Shown here piece after piece: positions 1-8,916 of a stretch of 64,000 bases of DNA. This DNA is from Candidatus Iainarchaeum sp. (GTDB lineage Archaea > B1Sed10-29 > WALL01 > JAGHAM01). The translations under genes and the position numbers were made by a program. The notes under the pieces were generated by a model. It ran no database searches and was not told where the DNA came from. It saw only the letters and a program-made list of their open reading frames with translations. The stretch spans positions 180 through 64,179 of the forward strand of contig JAGHAM010000012.1 in NCBI GenBank assembly GCA_021161465.1, in the 5' to 3' direction. Numbering within the stretch: position 1 is the stretch's first letter; every line of letters starts with the position of its first letter.

Positions 1-112
1 GGTTGCTTCAAAGAGACTCCAGAGGTGAAAATACCCTAACTCGCGTGAGCTTAAAGCTGGTAAATCTTTAAATATTCAAACGCGCAAAACTTAAACTTCT
101 GGGGGTACTTTA

Positions 113-2173
113 ATGATTGAATACTTCGGTCTTGTTTGCGGTTTAATTGCATTAGCGTTTGCTAGCTTCCTTGCCTGGAAGATAGTTAAAATCAAAGTGA
201 AAGACAAGAAGGTCATTCAGGTTTCTGGAGCCATACACGAAGGGGCGACAGCCTTTCTTAGGAGAGAGTACACGACACTTTCAGTTTTCGTCCTTTTCAT
301 GTTTCTAACCTTCTTTTTCCTGGTTGATGCCCTGACAGCTGTGGCTTTCCTGGCAGGCGCGCTGCTATCTGCGTTTGCCGGGTTTGTTGGCATGAGCATT
401 GCAACCACCGCAAATGGAAAAACCGCTGAGGCTGCTAAAGAGAGCCTAAACAAAGCTCTGAGGCTGGCTTTCTCCTCTGGCACGGTAATGGGGATGACAG
501 TAGTTGGTCTTGGGCTGGTTGGGGTTAGTGTGTTGTTACTAATCTTTAGTTCCTACCTGAGCCTGGATAAGGCTGTTACTTATCTAGTTGGTTTTGGATT
601 TGGTGCTTCTTCCATAGCGCTATTTGCCAGGGTAGGTGGCGGGATTTACACAAAAGCCGCTGATGCTGGAGCTGATATGGTGGGCAAGGTTGAAGCAGGC
701 ATACCTGAGGATGACCCAAGGAATCCAGCTGTAATTGCTGACCTGGTTGGAGACAATGTTGGAGATGTTGCTGGAATGGGTGCGGATTTGTTTGAGTCTT
801 ACGTTGGTTCAATTATAGCTGCCATGAGCCTTGGTGTCTTTGCTTTTGCCAGCATGGGGATGACTGCTGCAGTGTACCCCCTTGTTGTAGCTGGAACAGG
901 TTTGATTGCATCCGTCATTGGAACTTTTCTGGTGCGTTCTGGTGAAAGTGTTGAGATGGGCGAATTGCTTAATGCATTGAGGAGAGGAACCATAGGCGCT
1001 GCGGTTTTGTTTCTGATAGCCATAATTCCAGTGACATACTATATGTTCCCAGAAAATTGGATCCCTATGTCTATTGCTGTAGCCTCCGGGCTTGCTGCTG
1101 GTGTCATCATAGGGTTAAGTACGGAGTACTATACCTCAGATAAATATTGGAGAACAAGAAGCATTGCAGAGTCAGCTGAGAAGGGTGCAGCCAGTGTGAT
1201 AATCACGGGGTACTCTATTGGCCTCAGAAGCACAACAATACCAGTGGTTGTAATCTCTGCAGCTATCTTGGTCGCCTTTTACTCTGTTGGGCTTTATGGT
1301 GTGGCAATAGCAGCTGTTGGTATGCTCTCAACCTTAGGCATAACTTTGGCGACAGATGCTTACGGACCTGTAGCAGACAATGCTGGTGGTATTGCTGAAA
1401 TGGCCAAGATGCCTAAGAAAGCCAGGGAAAGGACGGATGCACTGGATGCTTTGGGCAATACAACAGCAGCCACTGGCAAGGGCTTTGCCATAGGCAGTGC
1501 AGCTTTAACTGCTTTGGCGTTAATTGCAGCTTATGCAATTGCTGCAGGGCTGACAGAATCAGAAATGGCTATAACCAATCCTTTGGTTTTGGTAGGCTTG
1601 TTCATTGGTGGTATGTTGCCCTTCCTGTTTGCATCCACGACCATGATTGGAGTCGGGAATGCTGCAGGCAAGATGATAGATGAGGTCAGGAGGCAATTCA
1701 AGGATAAGGCAGTGATGAGTGGAAAGAAATCGCCTGATTATGCAAAATGCGTTGATATAAGCGCTATGGGTGCGCTCAAGGAGATGATAGCTCCTGGACT
1801 TATGGCGGTTTTGGTTCCTCTGGCTTTTGGATTTGTCTTCGGGCCAGCAGCTCTTGGCGGTTTGTTAGTCGGAGCACTGGTTTCCGGATTTTTGCTTGCT
1901 GTAAAGATGGCCAACGCGGGAGGTGCCTGGGATAACGCGAAGAAATACATAGAAAAAGGCATGTTTGGGGGTAAGGGTTCATCAGCGCATGCGGCTGCAG
2001 TGATAGGGGACCTGATTGGAGACCCTTTCAAGGATACATCCGGCCCTTCACTGAATATACTCATCAAGCTCATGAGCATGATTTCACTGATATTCGCGCC
2101 ATTGATAACAAAGTACTACCTGTTATCACCACAGGTTCTGCAGAGGCTTTTGATTCTGCTTGGCCTGGATTAA
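113..2173 (+). CDS. hppA: membrane-bound H+/Na+-translocating inorganic pyrophosphatase
   Basis: 686-aa polytopic membrane ORF with diagnostic motifs GGIYTKAADAGADMVGKVE, DDPRNPAVIADLVGDNVGDVAGMGADLFESY and DAYGPVADNAGGIAEM. Confidence 0.95.
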   Translation: MIEYFGLVCGLIALAFASFLAWKIVKIKVKDKKVIQVSGAIHEGATAFLRREYTTLSVFVLFMFLTFFFLVDALTAVAFLAGALLSAFAGFVGMSIATTANGKTAEAAKESLNKALRLAFSSGTVMGMTVVGLGLVGVSVLLLIFSSYLSLDKAVTYLVGFGFGASSIALFARVGGGIYTKAADAGADMVGKVEAGIPEDDPRNPAVIADLVGDNVGDVAGMGADLFESYVGSIIAAMSLGVFAFASMGMTAAVYPLVVAGTGLIASVIGTFLVRSGESVEMGELLNALRRGTIGAAVLFLIAIIPVTYYMFPENWIPMSIAVASGLAAGVIIGLSTEYYTSDKYWRTRSIAESAEKGAASVIITGYSIGLRSTTIPVVVISAAILVAFYSVGLYGVAIAAVGMLSTLGITLATDAYGPVADNAGGIAEMAKMPKKARERTDALDALGNTTAATGKGFAIGSAALTALALIAAYAIAAGLTESEMAITNPLVLVGLFIGGMLPFLFASTTMIGVGNAAGKMIDEVRRQFKDKAVMSGKKSPDYAKCVDISAMGALKEMIAPGLMAVLVPLAFGFVFGPAALGGLLVGALVSGFLLAVKMANAGGAWDNAKKYIEKGMFGGKGSSAHAAAVIGDLIGDPFKDTSGPSLNILIKLMSMISLIFAPLITKYYLLSPQVLQRLLILLGLD

Positions 2174-2739
2174 GGCTTTAATGAAAGAAGGTATTCACGA
2201 GTCTTTAGGATGGAGAGCTTGGTTCCCGGATGCCTTTTTTCTATACTATCCAGGTGCTTCCTTAAGACAGTTATGGCATTGTCCTGTTCTTTTTCTATAT
2301 GCCCCTTTATCCCATTAATCCTTGCGTAAACCAATACCTCTTCCTCCGTGCATTTTGCCAGGGGCTTCACAGATTTGGTTTTGCTGAGGCTTTTCCTAAA
2401 CCCCATCAGATATGCAAGGGTGTCCACCACCATGTCATCCATGGTTTCCCCACTGACAACCAGGTCATATGGAGCCGCTGAAGTTTTCGCGCCAGTTTCA
2501 AAACATTTATCTCTCGCCTTCAAAGCGAATGGTTTTATCACATGCATTGCAACCTTCCCGCCTAGTGTGCTTGCATCAAATCCAACTGTGCCATGGCTTG
2601 GTAAATTTCCCCTCAGAGTGGCAAGCACCTTTTCCTCAAAAAAACTACAGAAGCAGCTTTTACAGTAACTCTTAGAGGTATATCCAATAGTGATAATCGC
2701 GGGCTTCCCACATATACTGCATTTATCCATTGCTTTCAA
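2170..2739 (-). CDS. short TtuA/NcsA-like PP-loop-family protein with a degenerate PP-loop
   Basis: N-terminal CxxC...CxxC zinc ribbon (CSICG, CKSCF). Family-like blocks DLVVSGETMDDMVVDTL and VKPLAKCTEEEVLVYARINGI. The SGGxDS position reads DASTLGGK. Only 189 aa. Confidence 0.4.
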   Translation of the reverse strand: MKAMDKCSICGKPAIITIGYTSKSYCKSCFCSFFEEKVLATLRGNLPSHGTVGFDASTLGGKVAMHVIKPFALKARDKCFETGAKTSAAPYDLVVSGETMDDMVVDTLAYLMGFRKSLSKTKSVKPLAKCTEEEVLVYARINGIKGHIEKEQDNAITVLRKHLDSIEKRHPGTKLSILKTREYLLSLKP

Positions 2740-2784
2740 TTTTTAGGGGTTAGGTTTAAAATAACACACGATTTAAACTAAATT

Positions 2785-5373
2785 ATGCAGAAAGGAATTT
2801 CGCCAGTTGTGGCTGCAGTGCTGTTGATAACCATTTCAGTCATCGCTGGTGCTAGCCTCTACTTCTGGAGCACTTCCAAGATTACACCAAAGAAGGAGCC
2901 TGCCAAGCCTGTGCCGATAACCATAAGGCCAATCTCAACAGCTAAGGGGACCTTTCTTGTAACCAATGCGGGGACAGAGAGCATCACACTGGCTTCTCTA
3001 GCTACTGATGAACCCGAGGTTACCTGTGACTTTAGAGGCAACGTTACAATACTTCCTCAGGGCTCAGCAAGGTGCTATATGCCACCAAAGAGGGGCGCTA
3101 TAACTGTCTATGGAACTGCAACTAATGGCCCATCAATCCCACCAGTTAGCCTGTCTCTCGGTGAGGGAGACGTGCCAGAAGCTTGCTTCTTCAGTAAGGC
3201 AATCTCAGGCTGGGCTGATTCCAGTTGCAATTACAGAATGAAAATAACTATGAATAACTCTGAGAGCACGGAGAATCTTGTGGATTTTCCCCTCCTGGTG
3301 AAGCTCACTTCATCAAGGATAGACTATTCTCGTACCAGCGCGACTGATATCCGTTTCTACGATGCAGATGGCTCAACGCTTCTACCAAAAGAAACCGAGG
3401 AATGGAATGCCAGTGGAGACTCTTTCATCTGGGTTAAAGTCCCGCAAATTGATGCTGGGAGCACTTCCGACTACATCTGGGCTTACTACAACTGTTCGAA
3501 CACCAACAGCGATAACCCTGCCAGTGTCTGGGACAGCAGTTTCATTACAGTTTTTCACCTAAACGAAGATTCCGGGGGCGTTGTTGATTCTACTTCAAAC
3601 AATTATAATGGGACCGTATATCCCATTCCAGAGACTCTCAGTTCTTGCGAGAGCACCTCAGACTGGACTGGAACGGATCTCTCTCTTGATAGTTCAGAGC
3701 CAAGAGAGGGAAACTATACCATAAAGGATGTGGTCGCCTCTCCAGTTGCTGGAGATGAATACAAAATAACCTACAATCCTTCTGGAGTCTGGGATTTGAA
3801 AAATAAAATGAAGACAACCTTTTGGTTCAAGAGTGATCGCGCTAGTACTGCCTTTACTCATGCAAGGGTCTACGTATATGATTCCGATAGTCATTACCGA
3901 TATTGGAATTTGGAATTTGATGCAAACGAATGGAAAAAGTTCTGGTTATCTATACCTTACTTATATAACCTTGGCAGAGGCGGAAAAGACAATTCCGATG
4001 GTGGTAGTAGAACAACAGTTACAAATTGCGAGTCTACAACAGATTGGTCAACTAATAACCCCTACGGGAGCATATCAATACAAAAATCGAATAAAGAAGG
4101 AGATAACTATGTTCAATTGTACATCAAAGCTACAGATATGACGACCAATACGGATTACCATTTAAGATACAATCCTCCTGGAAGTTGGGACTGGTCCGGC
4201 AATTCATACCTTTACTTCCTCTTTGCTCATTGTGTTCCGTGTGGGGAATATAATTACCTGCGTTTCTATATATACGATACAGACGGAGACTGGGCTTACT
4301 GGGATTTATATTGCCAATATGCCAATTGGAGACCATTCGTCATTAATTTGTCAGCTCCAACAGCGGAAGCTCCTGGAGGGTTAAACCTTTCTAAGGCAGA
4401 TTATATCCAATGGGTTGTTAACCGTTCTGCATTTACTAGAGCCTATCAAAACATATTGATTGACTGGGTTAGGCTTGACGACCTTAATACGGAAAAAGTG
4501 GATAGGATAGAGTGGAATTTTAAGGCTGCTGATACAACAGCCTTCACGAGAAAGATAGATATTGTAGAGCTAGATAGTGAACCAAGAAGAATCGAGGGCA
4601 AGTCTGGCAATGCCATAGAATTTGACAGAAAAAATAACTTAAGGACTGACACCGTAGAACCGAAAGTGGATGGAAGCAACATTACTGTTTCCTTATGGTT
4701 CAAGCCGGATGTATCAGATTTAAGCTGGTATAGTTGGCTTTTTTATAAACGGTGGGGTTTGGCTTTCTATCCTAACAGGATTTCTGGGGCTTGTTGGGAC
4801 CAAGCTGGAGGAAAAGGTATAGCGATAACTGGAGTAACCTGGGAAGATAAGTGGTACTTTGCCGTTTTCCGGGTCAAACAAGAAAGTACCACCGATAATT
4901 ATGATGGCGAATTTAAGATTTGGCTTTATGACGATAACGGACTAGTCGGAAGTAACAGTAGAAATGACTTTGGGAGGGTATCACAATCAGATGGTTACTA
5001 TTGGTATTTTAGCAATCCTTATTGGGCTTGCTTCTGCAATGATTATTTTGATGGCATCATTGACGAAGTCCGAATTTCTGACACTGCGCGCTCTGCGAGC
5101 TGGATTGAGGCATCCTACCTGTCTGGCAGAGACCAGATGAACACCTTTAGCGATGGAGGGCATCAGGCCAACCTGACATATACTGTGAACTACGCTGAAG
5201 GTCTTGAGTGGGTCGCGCTTAAGGAGAGTGGTGCAACGGTGGTGAATGAAACCATCAGTGGCTGTGAGACATTCTATACCAACACGTATTCCAACTACTC
5301 TTCGGGAGACACATATACAGTCTACTACAAAGGGTGCGATGGAAATTCAGACTCAAGGACATACTCACCTTAG
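2785..5373 (+). CDS. large secreted/surface protein with archaeal type IV pilin-like (class III) signal, a DUF2341-like region, tandem CBM-like repeats and a LamG/concanavalin-like C-terminus
   Basis: N-terminus MQKGISPVVAAVLLITISVIAGA. DUF2341-like block CNYRMKITMNN..FPLLVKL..IRFYDADG..FIWVKVP..YIWAYY. Two ~110-aa repeats start CEST(S/T)DW. LamG-like block FDGIIDEVRISDTARSASWIEASY. Confidence 0.6.
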   Translation: MQKGISPVVAAVLLITISVIAGASLYFWSTSKITPKKEPAKPVPITIRPISTAKGTFLVTNAGTESITLASLATDEPEVTCDFRGNVTILPQGSARCYMPPKRGAITVYGTATNGPSIPPVSLSLGEGDVPEACFFSKAISGWADSSCNYRMKITMNNSESTENLVDFPLLVKLTSSRIDYSRTSATDIRFYDADGSTLLPKETEEWNASGDSFIWVKVPQIDAGSTSDYIWAYYNCSNTNSDNPASVWDSSFITVFHLNEDSGGVVDSTSNNYNGTVYPIPETLSSCESTSDWTGTDLSLDSSEPREGNYTIKDVVASPVAGDEYKITYNPSGVWDLKNKMKTTFWFKSDRASTAFTHARVYVYDSDSHYRYWNLEFDANEWKKFWLSIPYLYNLGRGGKDNSDGGSRTTVTNCESTTDWSTNNPYGSISIQKSNKEGDNYVQLYIKATDMTTNTDYHLRYNPPGSWDWSGNSYLYFLFAHCVPCGEYNYLRFYIYDTDGDWAYWDLYCQYANWRPFVINLSAPTAEAPGGLNLSKADYIQWVVNRSAFTRAYQNILIDWVRLDDLNTEKVDRIEWNFKAADTTAFTRKIDIVELDSEPRRIEGKSGNAIEFDRKNNLRTDTVEPKVDGSNITVSLWFKPDVSDLSWYSWLFYKRWGLAFYPNRISGACWDQAGGKGIAITGVTWEDKWYFAVFRVKQESTTDNYDGEFKIWLYDDNGLVGSNSRNDFGRVSQSDGYYWYFSNPYWACFCNDYFDGIIDEVRISDTARSASWIEASYLSGRDQMNTFSDGGHQANLTYTVNYAEGLEWVALKESGATVVNETISGCETFYTNTYSNYSSGDTYTVYYKGCDGNSDSRTYSP

Positions 5374-5473
5374 CGCTTTTATTAACTACTATATGGTTAA
5401 TCTCTTAGTTAATTATTTAAACCAGCTTGTACACAATAGAAGGGCGTTAAACCACTTTTAAAGGTGATTCTTC

Positions 5474-6583
5474 TTGAAAAAATTAGTTAAAAAGGCCGCC
5501 AAAAGAGCAGTTAAAACTACTTCAAAGAAAGCATCTGTTGGGAAGTATACTGATAAAGAGATTGAGGATATCCTCCTTCAAACAAGAGCCAATATAAGAG
5601 TCATTGGAACAGGAGGCTCTGGAAATAATACTTTAGTTAGACTTAGTGAAGTTGGCATTCAAGGCGCGGAAGTAGTTGCGATGAATACAGACGCTCAGCA
5701 TTTGCTTATAACACCTTCTGACAAGAAGCTGTTGCTTGGGAGGAATGTGACAAAGGGACTTGGTGCTGGTAGCGACCCAGATTTGGGGGAAGCGGCAACC
5801 AAGGAAAGCGTGAATGAGGTATCTGAATTACTTGGTGGCAGTGATTTGGTTTTCATCACATGCGGGCTTGGCGGTGGCACTGGAACAGGCTCAGCACCCA
5901 TCATTGCCCAGGCAGCGAAAGATATTGGTGCTTTAACTGTGGCGGTTGTTACATTGCCATTCAGTGTTGAGGGCAGAAGGAGAATGGAGAATGCTTTAGG
6001 TGGCTTAAAGAAACTTAGGAAAGAAGCGGATACAGTTATAGTCATACCAAATGATAAGCTTTTGGAGATAGTTCCAGATTTACCGATAAACGCTGCTTTC
6101 AAGGTGGCGGATGAGATACTAGTTAATGCTGTAAAGGGAATCACAGAGCTGATAACGAAGCCAGGTCTGGTTAATCTTGACTTTGCTGACGTTAGGGCGA
6201 TACTATCCAATGGCGGAGCAGCTATGATAGGGCTTGGTGAATCTGAGCTTGAAGGTGACCCCGAAGGCAGGGCACTGGAGGCAGTTGAGGATGCACTTAA
6301 CTCACCACTTTTGGATATAGATGTAAGTGAGTCGACCAGAGCGCTAGTTAATGTGAGTGGCGGGAGTGATATGACTCTGCGTGAAGCTGAGATGATAGTT
6401 GAGGCAGTGACGAGCAAGATACACTCCAATGCAAATGTTATCTGGGGTGCAGTGGTAGATGATGAGATGAAGAGGAATAAAATCCAGGCTATGATAGTTA
6501 TAGCAGGCGGGAGGTTCCCCTACTTAGAAGCCGCTCCTGAGGACTCCTCAGAGGTTGACCTAGGCGTAGATTACGTTGAATAA
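5474..6583 (+). CDS. ftsZ: cell division GTPase FtsZ
   Basis: Tubulin-signature motifs GTGGSGNNTL and GLGGGTGTGSAPIIAQ. TTG start just downstream of a GGTGA ribosome-binding site. Lys-rich N-terminal extension. Confidence 0.95.
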   Translation: MKKLVKKAAKRAVKTTSKKASVGKYTDKEIEDILLQTRANIRVIGTGGSGNNTLVRLSEVGIQGAEVVAMNTDAQHLLITPSDKKLLLGRNVTKGLGAGSDPDLGEAATKESVNEVSELLGGSDLVFITCGLGGGTGTGSAPIIAQAAKDIGALTVAVVTLPFSVEGRRRMENALGGLKKLRKEADTVIVIPNDKLLEIVPDLPINAAFKVADEILVNAVKGITELITKPGLVNLDFADVRAILSNGGAAMIGLGESELEGDPEGRALEAVEDALNSPLLDIDVSESTRALVNVSGGSDMTLREAEMIVEAVTSKIHSNANVIWGAVVDDEMKRNKIQAMIVIAGGRFPYLEAAPEDSSEVDLGVDYVE

Positions 6584-6606
6584 AATCAAGAAGTTGAGGT
6601 GGTCTT

Positions 6607-6768
6607 ATGTCGTTTATTGATGAATATATACGTGTAATCAAACTTACAAGGAAACCTAAGAAGGATGAGTTTCTGATGATAGCGAAGGTAACTGGCGTTG
6701 GGCTAGTCCTAATTGGATTGCTTGGGACAGCTATCTCTTTGCTTGGATCCCTGTTGAAAGGTTTTTAG
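6607..6768 (+). CDS. secE: preprotein translocase subunit SecE (Sec61 gamma)
   Basis: 53-aa ORF below the ORF-track cutoff, read directly: MSFIDEYIRVIKLTRKPKKDEFLMIAKVTGVGLVLIGLLGTAISLLGSLLKGF. Basic N-terminus plus one TM helix. Conserved position between ftsZ and spt5. Confidence 0.8.
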   Translation: MSFIDEYIRVIKLTRKPKKDEFLMIAKVTGVGLVLIGLLGTAISLLGSLLKGF

Positions 6769-6777
6769 GTGTTGTTT

Positions 6778-7227
6778 ATGTTATTCAGTGTGAGAACAAC
6801 TGTTGGTCAGGAGAGGATAGTCGCAGACCTATTGGGAGCGAGGATAAGAAAGGACAATGCACCTGTGTACTCCATTTCTGTTATAGATACGCTAAGGGGG
6901 TATATCGTGGTAGAGTCTCCAAGTGAGGTGGAGCTGAAGAAGGCAGTGTATGGTGTGCCGCACATAAAAGGCGTTGTGAAAGGAGAGCTTATGTTGCCTG
7001 AAGTGGAACATTTCTTTGAAGAGAAGCCACTTACTGTTGATATACACAAGGGAGACTTGGTTGAGCTGACGTCCGGGCCGTTCAAAGGTGAGAGAGCTAA
7101 AGTCATCAGGGTTGATGACGCCAAGGACAAGATAACTGTAGAGCTGGTTGAGGCTACAGTGCCAATACCAATAACCCTGGATGCAGCAAGCATTCGTGTG
7201 ATAACACAAAAGTTGAAAAAGGAGTGA
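6778..7227 (+). CDS. spt5: transcription elongation factor Spt5 (archaeal NusG)
   Basis: MLFSVRTTVGQE.. NGN-type N-terminus and a KOW block GDLVELTSGPFKGERAKVIRVD. Synteny secE-spt5-rpl11. ATG at 6778 follows AGGTG. Confidence 0.9.
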   Translation: MLFSVRTTVGQERIVADLLGARIRKDNAPVYSISVIDTLRGYIVVESPSEVELKKAVYGVPHIKGVVKGELMLPEVEHFFEEKPLTVDIHKGDLVELTSGPFKGERAKVIRVDDAKDKITVELVEATVPIPITLDAASIRVITQKLKKE

Positions 7228-7232
7228 TTTTA

Positions 7233-7826
7233 GTGCCAGAGAGTATAATTTCTGTTTTAGTGGATGGCGGCAAGGCATCTGCAGGGCCACCTTTGGGACC
7301 TGCACTTGGACCCACAGGTATAAATGTGGGGGAAGTCGTCAAGGAGATAAATGAGAAGACGAAAGACTATGCTGGGATACAGGTTCCAGTTGAAGTTATA
7401 ATTGATTCCACATCAAAGAGCTTTAAGATTAAAGTGGGTAGTCCGCCAGTTTCTGCATTGATTAAAAAAGAAACAGGGCTTGACAAACTCGAGGGAGTGG
7501 ATTTACCAATAGGTTATGTTATAAAAGTTGCAGAGATGAAGCGCGACTACATGCTCGCCAAGGATAAGAAAAAAGCCATCAAGGAAGTTTTAGGAACCTG
7601 CCAGTCCATGGGGCTTAAGGTTGATGGCAAACCACCAAAAGATGTTCAGAAAGAAGTTGATGAGGGCAAATATGATGCTAAGATAGAGGGTAAAGAAGAA
7701 CTCACATTCCTCTCACCAGAAGAGATTGCGAAAATCAAGGAGAAGATAGCAAGGGAAGCCAAGCAGAGAGAGGAGAAAAAGGAAGAGGCTAAGGAAGAAG
7801 CTGCAGAAGAAACCCCAAAGAAGTGA
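7233..7826 (+). CDS. rpl11: 50S ribosomal protein L11 (uL11) with a K/E-rich C-terminal extension
   Basis: GGKASAGPPLGPALGPTGINVGEVVKEINEKT motif. GTG at 7233 lies 6 nt after GGAGTGA (alternative GTG at 7224). About 40 extra C-terminal residues. Confidence 0.9.
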   Translation: MPESIISVLVDGGKASAGPPLGPALGPTGINVGEVVKEINEKTKDYAGIQVPVEVIIDSTSKSFKIKVGSPPVSALIKKETGLDKLEGVDLPIGYVIKVAEMKRDYMLAKDKKKAIKEVLGTCQSMGLKVDGKPPKDVQKEVDEGKYDAKIEGKEELTFLSPEEIAKIKEKIAREAKQREEKKEEAKEEAAEETPKK

Positions 7827-7833
7827 CTTTCTG

Positions 7834-8916
7834 ATGAAGGTTAGGGGAAAAAACTACCGCTCAGTTTGGATGGAGGGTAAGCTAGTTAAGCTTATCAACC
7901 AACCTGAGCTTCCCCACACTTTTTCTATAAAGACCTGCAGGAACTATCGTGAGACAGGCTTGGCTATAAAGCATATGCTTGTTAGGGGTGCCCCTGCCAT
8001 AGGGGCTACTGCAGGGTATGCGCTTGCACAGGCAGTTCTTGCTTCAAAAGCCAGGACCATGCACCAGCTGCTTTCCGATGTGGGAAAGGCAAAGAGATTC
8101 ATTGAGTCTACGAGACCTACTGCATTTGACTTGTTTTATGCCACCAGACGGATTGAGCAAGCAGTCTCTGGCTGTGGGGATATACAGCAAGCCAAGAAGG
8201 TGGCAGTCAGTGAGGCGCAGGCAATAGCAGATGAAAATGTTTCTGCATGCAAGAAGATTGGCGATTATGGAAATGCTTTGATTCCAGAAAAAGCAGGGAT
8301 ACTAACACACTGCAACGCTGGGGCGTTAGCTACTGTTGACTGGGGAACTGCACTGGCCCCCATAAGGGCAGCCAGTTATTCAGGGAAGTCTATTTTTGTT
8401 TTTGTTGATGAGACTCGACCAAGGCTCCAGGGAGCACGTCTGACAGCCTGGGAGCTGATGCAAGAGGGCATAAATCATGCTATACTCGCTGATAACGCTG
8501 CTGGGCATTACATAAATAGGGGAGAGATAGACCTTTGTATAGTTGGTGCAGATAGGGTGGTAAGCAATGGTGACTTTGCAAACAAAATAGGCACATATGA
8601 GAAGGCAGTGCTTGCAAAAGAGAATGGCATACCTTTCTACGTGGCTGCACCATTATCTACTTTTGACTTCAGCAGGAAGACCGGCGCGCAGATACCAATA
8701 GAGGAGCGTGATGAGCGTGAGGTGCTTTACGTAACTGGAATGTCCGGCAGGAATCTTGTAAAGGCAAGAATTGCCCCAGCGCGCTCTAAAGCCTTGAACC
8801 CCGCCTTTGATGTCACACCAGCGAATTACGTTAGTGCTTTTATTACTGAGGAAGGTGTTTTCAAGCCTAGCCAGATAAGGAAACTAATCTTCAGGAAAAG
8901 GAGGGTTAAGCAGTGA
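7834..8916 (+). CDS. mtnA: methylthioribose-1-phosphate isomerase family protein (eIF-2B alpha/beta/delta-like, MtnA type)
   Basis: N-terminal domain (YRSVWMEGKLVKLINQPELP) followed by VRGAPAIGATAGYALAQ and GADRV..NGDFANKIGTY blocks typical of M1P isomerases. Confidence 0.8.
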   Translation: MKVRGKNYRSVWMEGKLVKLINQPELPHTFSIKTCRNYRETGLAIKHMLVRGAPAIGATAGYALAQAVLASKARTMHQLLSDVGKAKRFIESTRPTAFDLFYATRRIEQAVSGCGDIQQAKKVAVSEAQAIADENVSACKKIGDYGNALIPEKAGILTHCNAGALATVDWGTALAPIRAASYSGKSIFVFVDETRPRLQGARLTAWELMQEGINHAILADNAAGHYINRGEIDLCIVGADRVVSNGDFANKIGTYEKAVLAKENGIPFYVAAPLSTFDFSRKTGAQIPIEERDEREVLYVTGMSGRNLVKARIAPARSKALNPAFDVTPANYVSAFITEEGVFKPSQIRKLIFRKRRVKQ

